From: an uncultured bacterium
GTDB lineage: Bacteria > T1Sed10-126
Direction of reading: 5' to 3'
DNA: 11,978 bases
Assembly (NCBI GenBank): GCA_964566495.1
Contig: CAZMIT010000045.1
Location: 1-11,978 of the forward strand
The notes beneath the pieces were generated by a model. It had not been told where the DNA came from. It made no database searches and saw only the letters and a list, made by a program, of their open reading frames with translations. This document shows, in pieces, positions 8,465-11,978 of the stretch. The position numbers and the translations under genes are program-made. Each line of letters begins with the position of its first letter. The first letter of the stretch is position 1.

Positions 8465-9679
8465 TTAGTCAATAGTTTTTGTGTATTTTTGCGGAAAATG
8501 TGCATACCAGGCAGCCGCCTTAATCAGATCATCCACTGCCACCTGTTCATTTACCGTGTGGGCATAAACTTCATTGGCGGGACCAAAACCAATAGTGGGG
8601 ACGTCAAACATTCCCATCGTGGCGACCCCATTTGTTGAGAAGGTCCACTTGTCGACCTGGGGCTGCTCAGAAAAGACGTCGCGATAGGTCTGGATTGCCT
8701 TCTCACATAATTCGTGATTTTCTGGCAAAACCCAGACGGGATAATATTTTTCCGTCGGATAGCGAAAGCCGGTGTAACTTGGCGTATCGTAGTTGAGGAT
8801 TTCCACCTCAACCTTATCCGTATCAACTCCGGCCTTTTCGATAGTTTCGCGAACCTCTTCAACGGCTGATTCCTTTGTTTCTCCAGCGGTCAGCCGGCGA
8901 TCGAGATGAATGTAGGCCTCGTCGGGAACGGCGCAGAGCGAGGGGGTCTCACAGTCGATGTAACTAACGGTGACCGTTCCTTTTCCGAGAAAATCATCAA
9001 CGCGCAGCCGTTCGTTTAATTTTTCTATTTCTCCAACTATTTTAGCTATCCTGTAGATAGCGTTCTCGCCACGCTCGGGGGCGGAACCGTGACAGGAAAT
9101 CCCGCTGGCGCGCAGGCCAATCTCCATTCGACCGCGCTGACCACGGTATATATTCAAGTTGGTAGGTTCGGTTATTATCACGCAATCGGGCTCCATTTCA
9201 GTCTCATTCAATATGTATTGCCAGGGGAGACCGTCACAGTCCTCCTCCTGGACGCTGCCGACAATATAAAGCGTGTAGTCGTCACGGAGGTCAAGTTCGT
9301 TGATAACCCGACCGGCGTAAACCATAGAAGCCATGCCGGCCAGCTGATCGGTCGCGCCGCGCCCGTAAATCACCCCGTCTTCAAACTTACCTTCAAAAGG
9401 GTCCCACTCCCACTCGTCGAGGCTGCCGGTGTCCACGGTATCGATATGAGCGTCCATAGCAATGGTGGTCGAACCTTCGCCAATTTTACCAATGACGTTG
9501 CCCATCTTATCGGTCTTCACCTCGTCGAAGTCAAAACTGTTCATTTCAACAGCAATTCTCTCTACGACTTCTTTTTCTTCGCAACTGATACCAGGGATTC
9601 TGATTAGATCTCTCATAAATTGTATCAATTCGTCTTCGTATTCGTTTAGTCTGTCAAAAATTTGATCAGTTGTTGTCAT
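8465..9679 (-). CDS. ygeY: YgeY-family M20 metallo-amidohydrolase
   Basis: DAHIDTV, YGRGATDQ, VQEEDCDG, ITEPT, GQRGRMEI, SCHGSAPERGENA, WTFSTNGV, GFGP...AH. SD AAGGAG 8 nt upstream; adjacent to ygeW. Confidence 0.93.
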   Translation of the reverse strand: MTTTDQIFDRLNEYEDELIQFMRDLIRIPGISCEEKEVVERIAVEMNSFDFDEVKTDKMGNVIGKIGEGSTTIAMDAHIDTVDTGSLDEWEWDPFEGKFEDGVIYGRGATDQLAGMASMVYAGRVINELDLRDDYTLYIVGSVQEEDCDGLPWQYILNETEMEPDCVIITEPTNLNIYRGQRGRMEIGLRASGISCHGSAPERGENAIYRIAKIVGEIEKLNERLRVDDFLGKGTVTVSYIDCETPSLCAVPDEAYIHLDRRLTAGETKESAVEEVRETIEKAGVDTDKVEVEILNYDTPSYTGFRYPTEKYYPVWVLPENHELCEKAIQTYRDVFSEQPQVDKWTFSTNGVATMGMFDVPTIGFGPANEVYAHTVNEQVAVDDLIKAAAWYAHFPQKYTKTID

Positions 9680-9788
9680 TGTAAAAACTCCTTTTTGTAA
9701 AAATATATATTGATCGAGCCCGCCAATAAGTACAGCAGCTCGTCCTGCAGTAAATGAAAAGAAAAATTTAAATTAAGAGTAACTCGAC

Positions 9789-10229
9789 TCAGGGGAGCAG
9801 TTTATCCAGTGGATAATCGACCCGCTGTTCGGGGAACTGAAGCACGTGGCGCGTACTTTTCGCCGGGAAAACATCGTTGCTGAGTCCCATCCTTAGAATA
9901 GACTGTTTGGTCAACGGATCAATCGGACAGTTCGGCCGCGGTTCAACAATTATTTGTGAGCTGTCAAAATAATCAACTCTGATAATAGGGGCCCGGCGTA
10001 CCTCAAGAGTGCGCATGGCCATAGCCCGGTGGTGACCGTCGAGTATCACGTTGAAATCCTCGTCAACCAGTATTGGATAGTCGACATAACCCATTTCTCG
10101 GATCTGCTTGACAATCTCGTCACGTCGCTCCGGATAGGTTTGTTCGTGCTCGCGCAAGTGATGGGGGCTAACCAGCTCCACCTCGTGCGCAAGATCGGAA
10201 AGATCTATTCTGGCTAATTCCAAATTCAT
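9789..10229 (-). CDS. ParB/sulfiredoxin-fold protein related to SerK/SbnI (putative free-serine kinase)
   Basis: LREHEQ...YPILVD...VILDGHHR core and C-terminal LTKQSIL...FPAKSTRH; no HTH domain. GAGGAG abuts the ATG, so in-frame TTG 10223 is an alternative start. The fold call is stronger than the function call. Confidence 0.75.
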   Translation of the reverse strand: MNLELARIDLSDLAHEVELVSPHHLREHEQTYPERRDEIVKQIREMGYVDYPILVDEDFNVILDGHHRAMAMRTLEVRRAPIIRVDYFDSSQIIVEPRPNCPIDPLTKQSILRMGLSNDVFPAKSTRHVLQFPEQRVDYPLDKLLP

Positions 10230-10252
10230 CTCCTCGTAGATTTAATGATAAT

Positions 10253-10280
10253 TGCGGGCCCCACGGATGCGGGGCCCGCA
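10253..10280. terminator. Strong GC-rich intercistronic hairpin (partial terminator or mRNA stabiliser)
   Basis: TGCGGGCCCC-ACGGATGC-GGGGCCCGCA, a perfect 10-bp stem 30 nt downstream of the PLP-gene stop. The tail is only a weak ATTATCATT on the coding (-) strand and GTTTTCTTCT on the + strand. Confidence 0.65.
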
Positions 10281-10310
10281 GTTTTCTTCTATGGTAGTCG
10301 CAGGACTACG

Positions 10311-11783
10311 TTAAAGCAAGCCGACGCGGTCATTAAACTCCTTGATCAGTTCGTCGACATCGTCGCTCTGCTGGTGAATTTCATCCCAATATTCGGGCCA
10401 GCGGTCCCACTGTTCATCCAGGTCGTCGGCATTGAGGCCCTGCTGCTCAATCCAGGTGAAATACTTGAGGTTATGTATGCGTCGTTTTTCCTCGTGCTTG
10501 AGGTCTAACACAAATTCAGTATCCTGACCGAGCACACTGCGCTCAAAGTCCTGTTCGGCGTCAGTCTGTTCGTAGCCGGGATTGGCTTCGCGCATCTCCT
10601 CGAGTCTGGAACCGTAGAGCTGCATGGAGTCGGTCCAGACAGTGACCAGGGCATCATTCTCGGAGAGTTCGTACTTCTTGGCATATTTGATGCAGCCAAG
10701 GACGTTAGCAATGCTGGAGATCCCCATTAAGTCCAGGTTGTCAACTACTTCGGAATCTACCCCCTGATTCCTGAGGTAGTCATGTCCCGCCGGTTCGTTG
10801 AAGAAACGGACCAGGTCCATGCAGTCGTTGTCGTCAATGCCAACTACTGCATCAGTGCTGCGGACGTTGTGAATCCAGGGCACGTGTTTGTCGCCAATAC
10901 CCTCGATACGGTGGGCACCGTATCCGTTCTCGAGCAGTGTCGGGCACTGAAGCGCTTCGCCAACGGCAAGCTTGCTGCCCGGGAACTCGTCCTTCATGCG
11001 CTCACCGCTGCCCAGTGTCCCGGAAGACCCGGAGGTGAGCACGGTAGCCGCCAGGCGCTGACCGTCTTCCAACTCAGCCTCCAGAACGTCTTTCATAGCT
11101 CCCCCGGTAACTTCGTAATGCCAGAGGTTATTACCAAATTCTTCAAACTGGTTGAAGATAACGATACGATCGCTGTATTCGGGGTCTTCACGCAACTCCC
11201 AGCATTTGTCAAAAATTTCCTTGATGTTAGCTTCGCCGCCGGGCGTGGTGAATGTTTCGCCGGCTACTTTTTCCAGCCACTCAAAACGTTCCTGGCTCAT
11301 CTCTTCGGGTAAGATAGCAATCGAGTCGCAGGCCAGGAGGGCAGAGTTATAGGCGCCGCCGCGACAGTAGTTACCGGTTGAAGGCCAGACAGCCATCTCG
11401 TTCACAGGGTCAAACTGACCGGTCGTTAGTCGCGGGGCCAGACAGCCAAAAGTGGCTCCAACCTTGTGGGCGCCGGTCGGAAACCACTTGCCAACCAGAC
11501 AGAATATCCGGGCGTCAACACCGGTCAGATCGGAAGGCAGTTCAACGTAGTTGATGCCGTCGTAAAGCCCACCTTCTTCAACCGGTTCGTTCTGCCAGGT
11601 AATACGAAATAGGTTTCGGGGATGAACATCCCAGAGCCCGATATCTTTTAGCTCCTCCTTGACCTTGCCCGGGATTAACTCCGGGTTTTTCATCTGCTCA
11701 AAAGTGGGGATGATGATATCGCGCTCACGGGCGACTTCCACCGTCTTCTCAAGTTGCTGTTCATTAACGCTAAGGTCGATCAT
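10311..11783 (-). CDS. PLP-dependent fold-type II enzyme, cysteine synthase-like, 490 aa
   Basis: FPTGAHKVGA (putative Schiff-base K107), PSTGNYCRG, NQFEEFGN, glycine loop SGSSGTLGSG, HRIEGIGDKHVP and MGISS parallel the CysK/CysM motifs (TSGNTG, QFxN, GTGGT, HKIQGIG, GISSG). It has long N- and C-terminal extensions. Confidence 0.88.
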   Translation of the reverse strand: MIDLSVNEQQLEKTVEVARERDIIIPTFEQMKNPELIPGKVKEELKDIGLWDVHPRNLFRITWQNEPVEEGGLYDGINYVELPSDLTGVDARIFCLVGKWFPTGAHKVGATFGCLAPRLTTGQFDPVNEMAVWPSTGNYCRGGAYNSALLACDSIAILPEEMSQERFEWLEKVAGETFTTPGGEANIKEIFDKCWELREDPEYSDRIVIFNQFEEFGNNLWHYEVTGGAMKDVLEAELEDGQRLAATVLTSGSSGTLGSGERMKDEFPGSKLAVGEALQCPTLLENGYGAHRIEGIGDKHVPWIHNVRSTDAVVGIDDNDCMDLVRFFNEPAGHDYLRNQGVDSEVVDNLDLMGISSIANVLGCIKYAKKYELSENDALVTVWTDSMQLYGSRLEEMREANPGYEQTDAEQDFERSVLGQDTEFVLDLKHEEKRRIHNLKYFTWIEQQGLNADDLDEQWDRWPEYWDEIHQQSDDVDELIKEFNDRVGLL

Positions 11784-11906
11784 TGTTGATCATATCTCCT
11801 TTCAATAAATTAGGGGGTGTTAGGAAAGTCGTAAGTTGACTGGGAATTGAATTCCAGGCGTCCACTGAGGGGGGGCGCTCTACCCTTTTGTTAAGACTGG
11901 ATATAG

Positions 11907-11935
11907 AAGATAGCCCGAAAGATAACCTTTGTCAA
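11907..11935 (-). promoter_or_regulatory. Sigma70-type promoter for the - strand operon
   Basis: On the - strand: TTGACA (11935-11930), a 17-nt spacer, then TATCTT (11912-11907). This predicts a leader of roughly 115 nt before ATG 11783. Confidence 0.7.
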
Positions 11936-11948
11936 GAGAATTCTTGAC
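11931..11948. promoter_or_regulatory. Palindromic putative operator overlapping the -35 box
   Basis: GTCAAGA-GAAT-TCTTGAC, a perfect 7-bp inverted repeat with one arm overlapping the -35 hexamer. Confidence 0.5.
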
Positions 11949-11978
11949 CTTTTCTACATAATTATATTCGGTTCAATT

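Noticed and set aside
9768..9791. TGA stop of the ParB-like gene as a possible selenocysteine codon, given the selenium association of YgeY clusters
   Set aside because: Readthrough meets TAA after five more codons, no SECIS-like hairpin follows, and the domain is already complete.
9789..10229. Chromosome or plasmid partition protein ParB
   Set aside because: No HTH or C-terminal domain, no GxxRxxA CTPase context with a neighbouring parA, and a metabolic gene context.
7440..11352. + strand ORFs opposite the yge operon (7905-8270, 9089-9607, 10245-10508, 10782-11312 and others)
   Set aside because: Antisense shadows of real genes with no recognisable protein features.
11784..11900. Purine or other riboswitch in the ~115-nt leader
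   Set aside because: Only short, weak stems (e.g. CTGGAATT/AATTCCCAG); no aptamer consensus or terminator that I recognise. An Rfam/Infernal scan would settle it.

Overview
Bacterial chromosomal window with two converging blocks. The + strand block (1-7174) is mostly housekeeping: the 3' end of prfB, an uncharacterised polytopic membrane protein coupled to a lytic transglycosylase, leuS, ychF, a 206-aa hypothetical protein and a MazG-like pyrophosphatase. A REPIN/dRS3-like palindromic element lies upstream of the MazG-like gene. The - strand block (11783-7224) looks like a four-gene operon with its own sigma70-like promoter and an overlapping palindrome. It encodes a 490-aa cysteine-synthase-like PLP enzyme, a small ParB/Srx-fold protein with SerK/SbnI-type serine-kinase motifs, a YgeY-family M20 hydrolase and a YgeW-family carbamoyltransferase. 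This operon is the most interesting part: YgeY and YgeW appear without the rest of the usual anaerobic purine-degradation cluster. They sit instead beside a possible serine-kinase plus beta-replacement enzyme pair, which suggests a variant diaminopropionate/ureido-amino-acid pathway. All family calls rest on recognised motifs only; no searches were run.
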